From contig OY771587.1 in assembly GCA_963674825.1 (NCBI GenBank), positions 896,001 through 960,000 of the forward strand: a stretch of DNA of 64,000 nt, written 5' to 3'. The notes beneath the pieces are model-generated. The model was not told where the DNA came from and did not search any database. It worked only from the letters and a program-made list of their open reading frames with translations. Position numbers and translations under genes: made by a program. The stretch's first letter is position 1. Each line of letters starts with the position of its first letter. Positions 1-11,418 of this stretch are shown here, in pieces. The DNA is from Candidatus Cloacimonadales bacterium. Lineage in GTDB: Bacteria > Cloacimonadota > Cloacimonadia > Cloacimonadales > JAIOQZ01.

Positions 1-1809
<1,809 letters not shown>

Positions 1810-1821
1810 TGAAACCTCCGT

Positions 1822-4800
1822 TTACAGTTCGCTGTCGGACAGGAAATCGATGTCGAAGCAGAGCGACTTAAGCTCGCTGATCAACACGTTAAACGATTCC
1901 GGGATGCCCGGGTCAGGCGGATTGAGACCATTAGTAATCGCCTTGAAGGCGTTGGTACGTCCATCCACGTCGTCCGATTTGATGGTCAGCATTTCTTCCA
2001 GGAGACGTGAAGCGCCATAGGCTTCGAGAGCCCAGACTTCCATTTCTCCCAGTCGCTGTCCACCGTGCTGTGCCTTACCGCCCAGAGGCTGCTGGGTGAT
2101 GAGGGAGTACGGTCCGGTCGAACGAGCATGCATCTTGTCGGCAACGAGGTGGTTGAGTTTCATCATATAGATGATACCCACGGTCACTCTCTCGCGGAAC
2201 GGTTCACCCGTCTTGCCGTCATAAAGCACCTGTTTACCATCGGCAGGCAGTCCGGCTGTATTCATCTCATTGATGATGTCTTCCAGCTTTGCGCCGTCGA
2301 AAACCGGCGTTTCGGCGCGGAAGCCGAGCTTGTGAGCTGCCATACCCAGGTGGGTTTCCAGAATCTGTCCGATGTTCATACGGGAAGGCACACCCAGCGG
2401 GTTGAGCACGATGTCAACCGGGGTTCCGTCTTCCATGAACGGCATATCTTCGATAGGAGCGATGCGGGAAATAACACCCTTGTTACCGTGGCGTCCCGCC
2501 ATCTTGTCGCCAACCTGAACTTTACGTTTCTTGGCGATGTAAACCTTGACCATCTTGCGGACGCCGTACGGAAGCTCATCACCGTGTTTCAGGCGATCGC
2601 GTGACTTCTTGTACATGTTGGCGCTTTCCTCGCGAGCGGTCTTGACTTTCATCACGATATCGTTGTAGATGCGGAGGTTCTTCTCCGGATCTTCTACGAG
2701 ATCGTAGTCCAGATTCAGGCGCTTGAAGTCGATCTTCTTCAGGTCTTCCGAGGTAATTTTCTTACCGGCGGGGATGAAGAAGATGTTGGTCTTCTGATTG
2801 GAAATATTCTTCGCAATCTCACCGAGAAGGTAGTCGGAGAGTTTGTCTTTGAGGAACTTTTCGATGCGTTTGTTGCGCTCGGCCTGTTCCGCTTTCAGAC
2901 GTGCGATTTCATCTTTTTTCTGTTCTTCGTAGTCGTGGATATCCTCGAGGCGAGAGAACACCTTCACGTCGATCACAACGCCTTCCATACCGGGCTTAGC
3001 CTTGAGGGAGGTGTTCGTGAAGTCGCCGGCGCGGTCGCCGAACAGTGCGCGCATGAGGTTCTCTTCCGGTGAAGGATCGATATCGACGCTCTTCGGAGTA
3101 ATCTTGCCAACGACGATGTCGCCAGCCTTGATCACCGAACCGACACGGATGATACCGGTCTTGTCGAGGTTGCGAAGCGCCTGGGTGGGAACGTTCGGAA
3201 TGTCGTACGCGAGCTCTTCCTTACCGTTCTTCACGTTACGTACCAGAACTTCCTGCTCTTCGATGTAGATCGAAGTGAGGATATCTTCCTGTGCCACGCG
3301 TTCGCTGAGGAGAATAGCGTCCTCGTAGTTGTATCCATACCACGGCATGAACGCGACCAGCATGTTCTGGCCAAGTGCGAACCGGTCGCCCTGAATACAC
3401 GGTCCGTCCGACAGCGGATCGCCTTGCTTCACTTCATCCCCGATATTGACGATCGGACGCTGGTTGAAACATGTATCCTGGTTGGAGCGGGTGTATTTCT
3501 TCAGGTAAACGCGGTTGTCCGTTCCCATATCGAGCATCAGCTCATCGGTGTCCTTACGCTTGATATCAATATAAGCGGAAGTCACGTTGGAGACAATACC
3601 ATCGAACGGAGCGAGCGCGACAACACCGCTGTCCTGCGCCACGATTCTCTCCATACCGGTTCCGACAAGCGGAGCGGCCGGGTTGAGAAGCGGCACCGAC
3701 TGGCGCTGCATGTTCGAGCCCATCAATGCGCGGTTCGCGTCGTCGTGTTCCAGGAACGGAATCAACGATGCGGAGACCGAAACGATCTGTTGCGGCGAAA
3801 CCTCGACGTACTGAACTTCTTCCGGACGAACCTGAACGTATTCGCTCTTGTTACGGGCGAAAACGAGATCGTCGGTCAGAACCAGATCTTCGTTAATGGT
3901 AACGTTCGCCTGCGCGATCGTGTATTTATCTTCCTGTGCGGGATCGAGGTAATCGACCTGATGGGTCACCCTACCGTTCTCTACGCGGATATACGGTGTT
4001 TCGATGAATCCCATGCGATTGATCGACGAATAGATCGCCGGGGAAGAGATAAGACCGATATTCGGACCTTCAGGAGTCTCGATCGGGCAGATACGTCCGT
4101 AGTGCGAGTAGTGAACGTCGCGAACTTCGAAGCCAGCGCGATCACGCGTAAGACCACCAGGACCCAGCGCAGATAGACGTCTTTTATGCGTCAACGCTGC
4201 GAGCGGGTTGGTCTGTTCCATGAACTGCGAGAGCTGTCCGGTAAGGAAGAACGCTTGCACAACCGCGATCAGCGCATTGCTGTTGATCAGGTCGTGAACC
4301 GTTACTTCATCGGCGTTCGAGATCGACATACGTTCGATTGCGATACGGGTAATGCGCAGAAGACCGTTGGTGTATTCTTCTTCGAGAAGCTCACCGACAG
4401 TACGGATGCGGCGGTTTGCCAGGTGATCGATATCATCGACGGTTTCTTCGTTACGGAAGATGCGGACGATTGTATTGACGATCGCTTCAAGGTCCTGACG
4501 GGTCAGGACGAACATGTCTTCCGGGATGTCCAGATCAAGGCGGCTGTTGAGTTTGTAACGGCCAACTTCGCCAAGATTGTAGCGCTTTTCGTTGAAGAAC
4601 ATTCTTTCAACCAGGGCGCGTGCATCCTCATAAGAAGGATCTTCGCCGGGACGAATCAGGTTGTATATTTTCTTGACCGCCTCTTCTTGATCCACGGTCG
4701 GGTCTTTCGCGATTGTATTCTCTATAATTTTCGCATGAATTTCATATTCGTGCGTGACGACCGGGATCTCGTTGATGCCGGATTCGATCAATTCATCGAT

Positions 4801-5613
4801 AACTTCCTGCGTGATCTCGGTACCGGCCTTGCAGATTTCTTCGCCGTTTTCCGCGTCGTAAACATCCTGATAGAGGTATTTTTCGAGCGTTTCGGAAACA
4901 GGGAGCATTTCTGACTGATAGAAGGCGGTGCGGATGTCGTCATTGCTGGATATACCGACACTGCGCAGCAGAACCGTAACCGGGAGCTTACGTCGCTTGT
5001 CGATATGTACATACATTGTATCGTGGATATCGAGGCTGAATTCGAGCCAGGAACCATTATAGGGGATCACCTTCGCCGAATAGACCATCTTACCGCTTGG
5101 ATGTTTCTCTTCCGTGAAGGAGACACCAGGTGAGCGGTGAAGCTGGCTGATGATGACGCGCTCTGCGCCGTTGATGATGAAGGTTCCCTGCGGTGTGATC
5201 AACGGGATCTCGCCAAGGAAAACATCCTGTTCGATGATCTTTTTCACACGCTTCTCGCCGCTTTCCTTGAGGATTTCCTCATCGTAAACGGTGAGTTTCA
5301 TACGCGCTTTAATAGGCGCCTGATAGGTCAGGTTCCGTTCGATACATTCATCAGTGCTGTATTTTTCTTTCAGCACTGAGTAATCGATGAACTCGAGTAG
5401 ATAAACGCCTTTCGTGTCTTCGATCGGGAAAATCTGATCAAAGACCGATTGCAATCCTTTGTTCTTCCGTTTCTGCGGATGGATATCACGCTGCAGGAAC
5501 TCATCAAACGAATCGATCTGCATCGCCAGAAGGTTTGGAACCTCCACAGACGGCAGCCCGAGGTCACGGGCTCTTTTTAAAATGCGGGAATAGTTCTTCG
5601 TTTCTTTCAACAT
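1822..5613 (-). CDS. rpoB: RNA polymerase beta subunit
   Basis: 1263 aa; QLSQFM..THKRRLSALGPGG, GDKMAGRHGNKG, GGQRLGEMEVWALEAYG. Confidence 0.99.
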   Translation of the reverse strand: MLKETKNYSRILKRARDLGLPSVEVPNLLAMQIDSFDEFLQRDIHPQKRKNKGLQSVFDQIFPIEDTKGVYLLEFIDYSVLKEKYSTDECIERNLTYQAPIKARMKLTVYDEEILKESGEKRVKKIIEQDVFLGEIPLITPQGTFIINGAERVIISQLHRSPGVSFTEEKHPSGKMVYSAKVIPYNGSWLEFSLDIHDTMYVHIDKRRKLPVTVLLRSVGISSNDDIRTAFYQSEMLPVSETLEKYLYQDVYDAENGEEICKAGTEITQEVIDELIESGINEIPVVTHEYEIHAKIIENTIAKDPTVDQEEAVKKIYNLIRPGEDPSYEDARALVERMFFNEKRYNLGEVGRYKLNSRLDLDIPEDMFVLTRQDLEAIVNTIVRIFRNEETVDDIDHLANRRIRTVGELLEEEYTNGLLRITRIAIERMSISNADEVTVHDLINSNALIAVVQAFFLTGQLSQFMEQTNPLAALTHKRRLSALGPGGLTRDRAGFEVRDVHYSHYGRICPIETPEGPNIGLISSPAIYSSINRMGFIETPYIRVENGRVTHQVDYLDPAQEDKYTIAQANVTINEDLVLTDDLVFARNKSEYVQVRPEEVQYVEVSPQQIVSVSASLIPFLEHDDANRALMGSNMQRQSVPLLNPAAPLVGTGMERIVAQDSGVVALAPFDGIVSNVTSAYIDIKRKDTDELMLDMGTDNRVYLKKYTRSNQDTCFNQRPIVNIGDEVKQGDPLSDGPCIQGDRFALGQNMLVAFMPWYGYNYEDAILLSERVAQEDILTSIYIEEQEVLVRNVKNGKEELAYDIPNVPTQALRNLDKTGIIRVGSVIKAGDIVVGKITPKSVDIDPSPEENLMRALFGDRAGDFTNTSLKAKPGMEGVVIDVKVFSRLEDIHDYEEQKKDEIARLKAEQAERNKRIEKFLKDKLSDYLLGEIAKNISNQKTNIFFIPAGKKITSEDLKKIDFKRLNLDYDLVEDPEKNLRIYNDIVMKVKTAREESANMYKKSRDRLKHGDELPYGVRKMVKVYIAKKRKVQVGDKMAGRHGNKGVISRIAPIEDMPFMEDGTPVDIVLNPLGVPSRMNIGQILETHLGMAAHKLGFRAETPVFDGAKLEDIINEMNTAGLPADGKQVLYDGKTGEPFRERVTVGIIYMMKLNHLVADKMHARSTGPYSLITQQPLGGKAQHGGQRLGEMEVWALEAYGASRLLEEMLTIKSDDVDGRTNAFKAITNGLNPPDPGIPESFNVLISELKSLCFDIDFLSDSEL

Positions 5614-6067
5614 CCCACTCCTTTTTAAGAACGATACTGCGGATATAGCCGATGACGACGCAGCTCTTCCGGCTGTGTGTACATCGGCTTCGAGAGGAAA
5701 CTACTCAACTTGATCTTATGACTTCTCATGCTTTCCTAAGACAATCCCGTCCAGTCTTGTGGACGAATCATTCGGATCGAGCGGTTCGGGACTTTTCCCG
5801 CTTCCCCCTTTGGAAGCTTATCGCCGCTTTTCGATCCTTGATGGACCTGTCTCAACTTACATTCATGAAAAAAAGAATTTTCCGCAAAAGGCTCCTCTTG
5901 CGGGGTGACGAAAAAGCCCGGGATATCCGCAAATACCAGGGTATCATTTCCTTCTTCCTGCAGACACACAAATGCGGCATTAACCGCATCGGTATCCTTG
6001 AAACCATTAAACTGCCGACTTTCGACATTCATCAAACCGGCATGATATGAAAAGGTGCCTGACATGC

Positions 6068-6108
6068 AAAAAATCGAAGTGGGCTTCATCTGGGGAAACC
6101 CACTTCGA
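6068..6108 (-). terminator. Intrinsic terminator/attenuator after rplL
   Basis: TCGAAGTGGG...CCCACTTCGA stem followed by T6 on the minus strand. Confidence 0.75.
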
Positions 6109-6120
6109 ATATATTTGTCA

Positions 6121-6498
6121 TTACTTGATTTCGACAGATGCGCCAACCGCGTCAAGTTTAGCCTTGATTGATTCAGCTTCTTCTTTGGAAACTGCTTCAA
6201 CGACCGGCTTCGGAGCGGTGTCAACAAGGTCTTTAGCTTCTTTAAGCCCAAGCTTGGTGATTTCGCGGACAACCTTGATAACCTGGATTTTCTTATCTCC
6301 AGCGTTCGTAAGGATCACGTCGAATTCGCTCTTTTCTTCTTTCGCTGCCTCAGCAGGTGCTGCGCCAGCCGCTGCTACGGCAACCGGTGCCGCTGCGGTA
6401 ACGCCGAATATTTCTTCGAGTTCTTTCACGAGTTCGGAAAGCTCGATAACAGTCATTTCTTTTACGAGATCGATGACCTGTTGCTTCTTGTCAGCCAT
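6121..6498 (-). CDS. rplL: 50S ribosomal protein L7/L12
   Basis: Ala-rich hinge, [28 protein letters not shown]; start at MADKK after GGAGG. Confidence 0.98.
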   Translation of the reverse strand: MADKKQQVIDLVKEMTVIELSELVKELEEIFGVTAAAPVAVAAAGAAPAEAAKEEKSEFDVILTNAGDKKIQVIKVVREITKLGLKEAKDLVDTAPKPVVEAVSKEEAESIKAKLDAVGASVEIK

Positions 6499-6525
6499 TG
6501 GTTCCTCCAATTATGTTTATGATTC

Positions 6526-7056
6526 TTATTCTGCTTTTTCTTTTGCGATTGCGTCGACCGTGTAAACAAACTTGCGGATCACGCCCTGAAGGACGCCAAC
6601 AAATCCGGTGATCGGAGCGTTAAATCCGGAAAGCACCTTCGCAAGAAGCTCTTCGCGCGAAGGAAGCTCTGCAAGCATGGTCATCTCATCTGTACCCATT
6701 ACGATACTTCCGATATAACCCTGCTTGAATTTCGGAAAACCTTTGTCTTCCATCACCTCTTTGCTGAACTTGACGAGTTCCCTCGCCGGCGCTACTTCGT
6801 CTGCCTTGCAAACTGCGACGGCTGTCGGGCCCACCAGATACTCATCAAGATCGTTGATTCCAAGTTCGTTCAGCGCGATTTTGATCAACGTGTTCTTTGC
6901 CACGAAGTAATCTACACCTGCGCTGCGGAAACGTCTACGAAGCTCGTTCACTTCCTCGACATTGATTCCCTTGTAGTCGACAAGCACAATCGCCTTGGCT
7001 GAATCCAGCCGCTCTTTCAAAGTAACCAGGGTATCCTTGTTATGTTGATTCGGCAT
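6526..7056 (-). CDS. rplJ: 50S ribosomal protein L10
   Basis: VDYKG, VAKNTL, LPSREELLA motifs; position between rplA and rplL. Confidence 0.97.
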   Translation of the reverse strand: MPNQHNKDTLVTLKERLDSAKAIVLVDYKGINVEEVNELRRRFRSAGVDYFVAKNTLIKIALNELGINDLDEYLVGPTAVAVCKADEVAPARELVKFSKEVMEDKGFPKFKQGYIGSIVMGTDEMTMLAELPSREELLAKVLSGFNAPITGFVGVLQGVIRKFVYTVDAIAKEKAE

Positions 7057-7064
7057 GGCGTCTC

Positions 7065-7769
7065 CTATTTACGTGCTTCCAGCGATGCAGTCGCTACGTT
7101 GAGTTTTATACTAGGTCCCATTGTTGTGGTCAATGCGATCGACTTGATATAGACGCCTTTCAGCGCTGCAGGTTTGTCACGCATTACCGCGGAGATGACA
7201 GCCAGAATATTCTCCTTCAACTTGGGGACATCGAAGCTCTTCTTGCCTGTCGGGATATGGAGGTTCGCGAATTTATCGACACGGTATGCAACCTTTCCGA
7301 ATTTCGCGTCGCGCACTGCCGCGCCAACTTCCATTGTTACGGTACCGACTTTCGGGTTCGGCATCAGTCCGCGAGGACCGAGTACGCGACCCAGACGGCC
7401 GATCTTACCCATCAGGTTCGGTGTCGCAATCACGATATCGAAATCGAACCATCCACCCTGGATTTTTTCAGCCAGGTCATCTACTCCGACGTATTCCGCG
7501 CCAGCATCGGTTGCTTCGGTCGCTTTGTCGCCTTCTGCGAAGACGAGGACGCGAACGTCCTTACCGGTACCGTTTGGAAGAACGATGGAGTTACGAATTT
7601 GCTGATCCGCTTTTCGCGGGTCAACGCCCAGGTTGAAGTGAATCTCGACGGTTTCGTCGAACTTCGCCTGAGGCAACTTCTTGATCATTTCAAGAGCGTC
7701 GTCGAGTTCGTAACGAAGGTTACGATCGATCAGCTCTTGTGCGTTCTTGTAACGCTTGCTTCTGAACAT
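7065..7769 (-). CDS. rplA: 50S ribosomal protein L1
   Basis: [28 protein letters not shown]. Confidence 0.98.
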   Translation of the reverse strand: MFRSKRYKNAQELIDRNLRYELDDALEMIKKLPQAKFDETVEIHFNLGVDPRKADQQIRNSIVLPNGTGKDVRVLVFAEGDKATEATDAGAEYVGVDDLAEKIQGGWFDFDIVIATPNLMGKIGRLGRVLGPRGLMPNPKVGTVTMEVGAAVRDAKFGKVAYRVDKFANLHIPTGKKSFDVPKLKENILAVISAVMRDKPAALKGVYIKSIALTTTMGPSIKLNVATASLEARK

Positions 7770-7831
7770 ATGTACTCCTGGATGCGAGGATCTCCTGCGG
7801 ATAGAAATTTAAGCGCGGTTTCGAAACGGGG

Positions 7832-8263
7832 TTATTTCGAAACGGTCACGCCCATGCTTCTCGCAGTACCTTCGATCATACGCATCGCTGCGTCCACCGT
7901 GTGAGCATTGAGATCTTTCATCTTGATCTCGGCAATCTTCTTGATCTGCTCTTTGGTGACGTTGCCGACCTTTGTCTTGTTCGGCTCCCCAGAACCCTTT
8001 GCCAGTCCTGCTTCCTTACGGATAAGCACGGCTGCCGGCGGGGTTTTCAATTCAAATGTGAAACTTTTATTCTTCGCAACATAGATCACCACGGGGAAGA
8101 TCATTCCCGGTGAATCTTTTGTCCGGTCGTTATACTGTCTGCAGAACTCCGGAATGTTGACACCTGCCTGACCCAGCGCCGGACCAACGGGAGGCGCGGG
8201 TGTTGCCTGACCAGCAGGCAATTGCAGCTTGATTACGTTTACTGCATCTTTCGGTTTTGCCAT
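7832..8263 (-). CDS. rplK: 50S ribosomal protein L11
   Basis: [22 protein letters not shown]. Confidence 0.98.
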   Translation of the reverse strand: MAKPKDAVNVIKLQLPAGQATPAPPVGPALGQAGVNIPEFCRQYNDRTKDSPGMIFPVVIYVAKNKSFTFELKTPPAAVLIRKEAGLAKGSGEPNKTKVGNVTKEQIKKIAEIKMKDLNAHTVDAAMRMIEGTARSMGVTVSK

Positions 8264-8312
8264 GTTTGCCTCTACTGATTACTGGTTGACCGCTTTTACG
8301 TCAACCATCTTT

Positions 8313-8840
8313 TTATTTATTGATTTCCACCTGGTCGACTGACACTTCTACCGGGGTCACGCGACCAAATACGGTTACCTCTACCGTCAATTTTCTGGTC
8401 TCCGCGGTTACACTGCGAATGACACCTTTGAAATCGGTGAAAGGACCCGCGGTTATCTTTACGATATCGCCAGGCAGGAATTCGATATCAGTCTGATCCG
8501 AGTTATCGCGGTCAGCGATACCAAGAAGCCTGTTGATTTCATCCTGGTCGAGCGGAACGGCTTTCTTGCCCGTGCCGAGGAAGTTTGTCACGCCCGGCAG
8601 GTTCAAGATAAAGTTCTGAAGCTCTCGAGTGAGTTCCGCTTCGATGATGACATAGCTGTTGAACACTTTGCGTTCACGTTCGATCTTCTTGCCTTCACGA
8701 ATCAGGTATGTCTTCTGGGTCGGGATAAGAATCTGACCGAGTTTGTCCTCCATCTCAGTATCCTTTACTCCCGCCTCGAGCATTTCGCGAATCTTGTTCT
8801 CCTGGGATGCAAAGGTGTGAATGACATACCATTTCTTCAT
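8313..8840 (-). CDS. nusG: Transcription termination/antitermination factor NusG
   Basis: WYVIHT N-terminus, KOW motif GPFTDFKG, VFGRVTPVE. Confidence 0.97.
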   Translation of the reverse strand: MKKWYVIHTFASQENKIREMLEAGVKDTEMEDKLGQILIPTQKTYLIREGKKIERERKVFNSYVIIEAELTRELQNFILNLPGVTNFLGTGKKAVPLDQDEINRLLGIADRDNSDQTDIEFLPGDIVKITAGPFTDFKGVIRSVTAETRKLTVEVTVFGRVTPVEVSVDQVEINK

Positions 8841-8844
8841 TGCG

Positions 8845-9036
8845 CTAGCCCCTGTAGATTACGAAGCGCATCAGGATCGAGAAAATCCAGTCAACAACTG
8901 AAAGAAAGACCGCGACGAGGGCGGACATGGAAATAACCACGAGAGTTCCTTCCTTCAGGTCGTCTTTTGATGGCCAGGTGATGTACTGTTTTTCGTGCCA
9001 GACATCTTTCAGAAATTTCCAGAGCTTCTTAAACAT
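8845..9036 (-). CDS. secE: Preprotein translocase subunit SecE
   Basis: 63 aa from MFKKLWK; ITWPSK motif plus one TM helix; directly upstream of nusG. Confidence 0.93.
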   Translation of the reverse strand: MFKKLWKFLKDVWHEKQYITWPSKDDLKEGTLVVISMSALVAVFLSVVDWIFSILMRFVIYRG

Positions 9037-9183
9037 ATCCGTACTTCCTTCTTGTGCCGGGTTCGTCAATTCCGCTCCCGGCCTGGATTCTACGACTTTC
9101 AATGTACCAGCAGATATGCATCCACTGAAAACCGCTTCACATAAAAAGAAAGGCTGTTGGCAGCGCTTTCTTTTTGTAAAAAC

Positions 9184-9259
9184 TGGCAGGACAGGCAGGA
9201 ATCGAACCCGCAACCCCCGGTTTTGGAGACCGGTGCTCTGCCAATTGAGCTACTGTCCT
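9184..9259 (-). tRNA. tRNA-Trp (CCA)
   Basis: AGGACAGTAGCTCAATTGGCAGAGCACCGGTCTCCAAAACCGG...GTTCGATTCC...CTGTCCTGCCA cloverleaf with encoded CCA. Confidence 0.97.
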
Positions 9260-9274
9260 GCCCTGTATAAGTTC

Positions 9275-9424
9275 TTACCGTGTTTGCTTATGATTCGTGT
9301 GTTTCCGGCAGTTCGGACAGAACTTCTTCAGTTCGAGTCTGTTCGGATGATTACGACGATTTTTGGTCGTTGTGTAATTACGATTCTTGCACTCTTCACA
9401 AGCAAGGATAATTATTTCTCGCAT
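9275..9424 (-). CDS. rpmG: 50S ribosomal protein L33, zinc-ribbon form
   Basis: Below the ORF-track cutoff; [49 protein letters not shown] with two CxxC. Confidence 0.97.
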   Translation of the reverse strand: MREIIILACEECKNRNYTTTKNRRNHPNRLELKKFCPNCRKHTNHKQTR

Positions 9425-9432
9425 GATATTCC

Positions 9433-10617
9433 CTATTCTAAGATATCACCGACGACGCCGGCACCGATGGTGCGTCCACCTTCGCGGATAGCGAAGCGGA
9501 GACCCTGTTCCATAGCGATCGGGGTGATCAGTTCAACGTTGACCTCTACGTGGTCACCAGGCATTACCATCTCGACGCCTTCAGGAAGGGTCAGGGAGCC
9601 GGTAACGTCCGTGGTGCGGAAGTAGAACTGCGGACGGTAGCCACTGAAGAACGGCTTATGACGTCCACCTTCGTCTCCGGTCAGCACGTAGGTCTTACCA
9701 GTGAACTTGGTGTGAGGGGTGATCGACTTCGGTTTCGCAAGTACCATACCGCGTTCGATATCGGTCTTGGCGATACCGCGAAGAAGCATACCCACGTTGT
9801 CGCCTGCCTGGCCTTCGTCGAGGATCTTACGGAACATCTCGACACCGGTACAGGTGGTTTCGATGGTTTCACGGATACCAACGCGCTCGATCTTCTCGCC
9901 AACTTTCACGATTCCGCGCTCGATACGGCCCGTAGCTACTGTGCCACGTCCCTGGATCGAGAACACGTCTTCGACTGGCATGAGGAAAGGCTTGTCAACA
10001 TCGCGCTCGGGAAGCGGAACGTAACGATCGACTTCGTCCATCAGTTCCTGAATCTGGGCTTCACCTTCCGGATCCGCGTTCAGACCTTTAAGTGCAGAAC
10101 CCTTGATCACGGGAATATCGTCGCCCGGGAATTCGTATTCGGAAAGAAGCTCGCGAACTTCAAGTTCCACAAGCTCAAGAATTTCTTCGTCGTCCACAAG
10201 GTCGCACTTGTTCATGAAAACGACCATTGCGGGTACGCCTACCTGACGGGCAAGCAGGATGTGCTCGCGGGTCTGGGGCATTGGGCCGTCGGCTGCGCTA
10301 ACCACAAGGATAGCTCCGTCCATCTGGGCGGCGCCGGTGATCATGTTCTTGACATAGTCAGCATGACCAGGGCAGTCTACGTGCGCGTAGTGACGATTTG
10401 CTGTTTCGTATTCGACGTGCGCCGTCGCGATGGTGATACCACGCTCGCGCTCTTCCGGTGCGTTGTCGATACTATCGAATGAACGGAATGCAGCACCGGT
10501 CTTCTTGCTAAGATAAAGCGTAATCGCCGCGGTAAGTGTCGTCTTACCGTGGTCTACGTGACCGATCGTTCCTATGTTAACATGAGGCTTCGTTCTCTCA
10601 AATTTCGCCTTTGCCAT
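9433..10617 (-). CDS. tuf: Elongation factor Tu
   Basis: [27 protein letters not shown]. Confidence 0.99.
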   Translation of the reverse strand: MAKAKFERTKPHVNIGTIGHVDHGKTTLTAAITLYLSKKTGAAFRSFDSIDNAPEERERGITIATAHVEYETANRHYAHVDCPGHADYVKNMITGAAQMDGAILVVSAADGPMPQTREHILLARQVGVPAMVVFMNKCDLVDDEEILELVELEVRELLSEYEFPGDDIPVIKGSALKGLNADPEGEAQIQELMDEVDRYVPLPERDVDKPFLMPVEDVFSIQGRGTVATGRIERGIVKVGEKIERVGIRETIETTCTGVEMFRKILDEGQAGDNVGMLLRGIAKTDIERGMVLAKPKSITPHTKFTGKTYVLTGDEGGRHKPFFSGYRPQFYFRTTDVTGSLTLPEGVEMVMPGDHVEVNVELITPIAMEQGLRFAIREGGRTIGAGVVGDILE

Positions 10618-10675
10618 GATTCCTCCAGGTTATATATTCGTTAATGCCAAATCCCAGATTGCTAAATAAAAAAAA

Positions 10676-10751
<76 letters not shown>

Positions 10752-10769
10752 TTTCATTTTTGAGAAATA

Positions 10770-10846
10770 TGGAGCGGGAAACGGGGCTCGAACCCGCGAC
10801 CCTCAGCTTGGAAGGCTGATGCTCTAGCCAACTGAGCTATTCCCGC
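10770..10846 (-). tRNA. tRNA-Gly (TCC)
   Basis: GCGGGAATAGCTCAGTTGGCTAGAGCATCAGCCTTCCAAGCTGA...TCCCGCTCCA. Confidence 0.97.
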
Positions 10847-10929
10847 GTTTATTCCGAATGTTTATCGTAAGATCATCCGGGCAAAAAAATCTCTCTCCCA
10901 GCAAGCCTGTCTGCTTGGGAGAGAAAAGA

Positions 10930-11014
10930 TGGTGGAGAGGGGAGGATTCGAACCTCCGAAGTCTTCGACGACAGATTTACAGTCTGTTCCCTTTGGCCGC
11001 TCGGGAACCTCTCC
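10930..11014 (-). tRNA. tRNA-Tyr (GTA)
   Basis: GGAGAGGTTCCCGAGCGGCCAAAGGGAACAGACTGTAAATCTG, long variable arm, CCA end. Confidence 0.97.
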
Positions 11015-11019
11015 ATGTA

Positions 11020-11094
11020 TGGAGCCGATGAAGGGAATCGAACCCCCAACCGATGGTTTACAAAACCATTGCTCTACCATTGAGCTACATCGGC
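11020..11094 (-). tRNA. tRNA-Thr (TGT)
   Basis: GCCGATGTAGCTCAATGGTAGAGCAATGGTTTTGTAAACCAT...ATCGGCTCCA. Confidence 0.96.
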
Positions 11095-11418
11095 GAGCTG
11101 ACAGTTTCTCAACAAAAAACTTTTCGGTTTTCCTGTCAACTCTTTTCTCGATAAATTTCTCTGTATGTGCAATTCAAATATCAATCACTGAGTGCGCAAA
11201 ATCATAACACCCAGTCTTTCGTGTCAACCTATTTTTCAGCTATTCGGCATTTTGTGTTCAACACCTGACGTAATACACTGATAAAACATACAAATACAAC
11301 CCGACACGCTGCTACCATTTTCTCCGAAACACAACACGCTAAATACCAAATATATTTTCACATTTCGTTTGACAACCCAAATAATCGCTCGCAGCTATGT
11401 TTCTCACAGGAGTCAACC

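Noticed and set aside
5652..6272. ORFs 5652-6050 (+) and 5736-6272 (-) in the rplL-rpoB spacer
   Set aside because: No recognisable domain; one overlaps rplL out of frame and crosses a terminator; RNA structure explains the region better
7770..7831. L1-binding autoregulatory site between rplK and rplA
   Set aside because: GGAG motifs are present, but I could not build the consensus structure confidently
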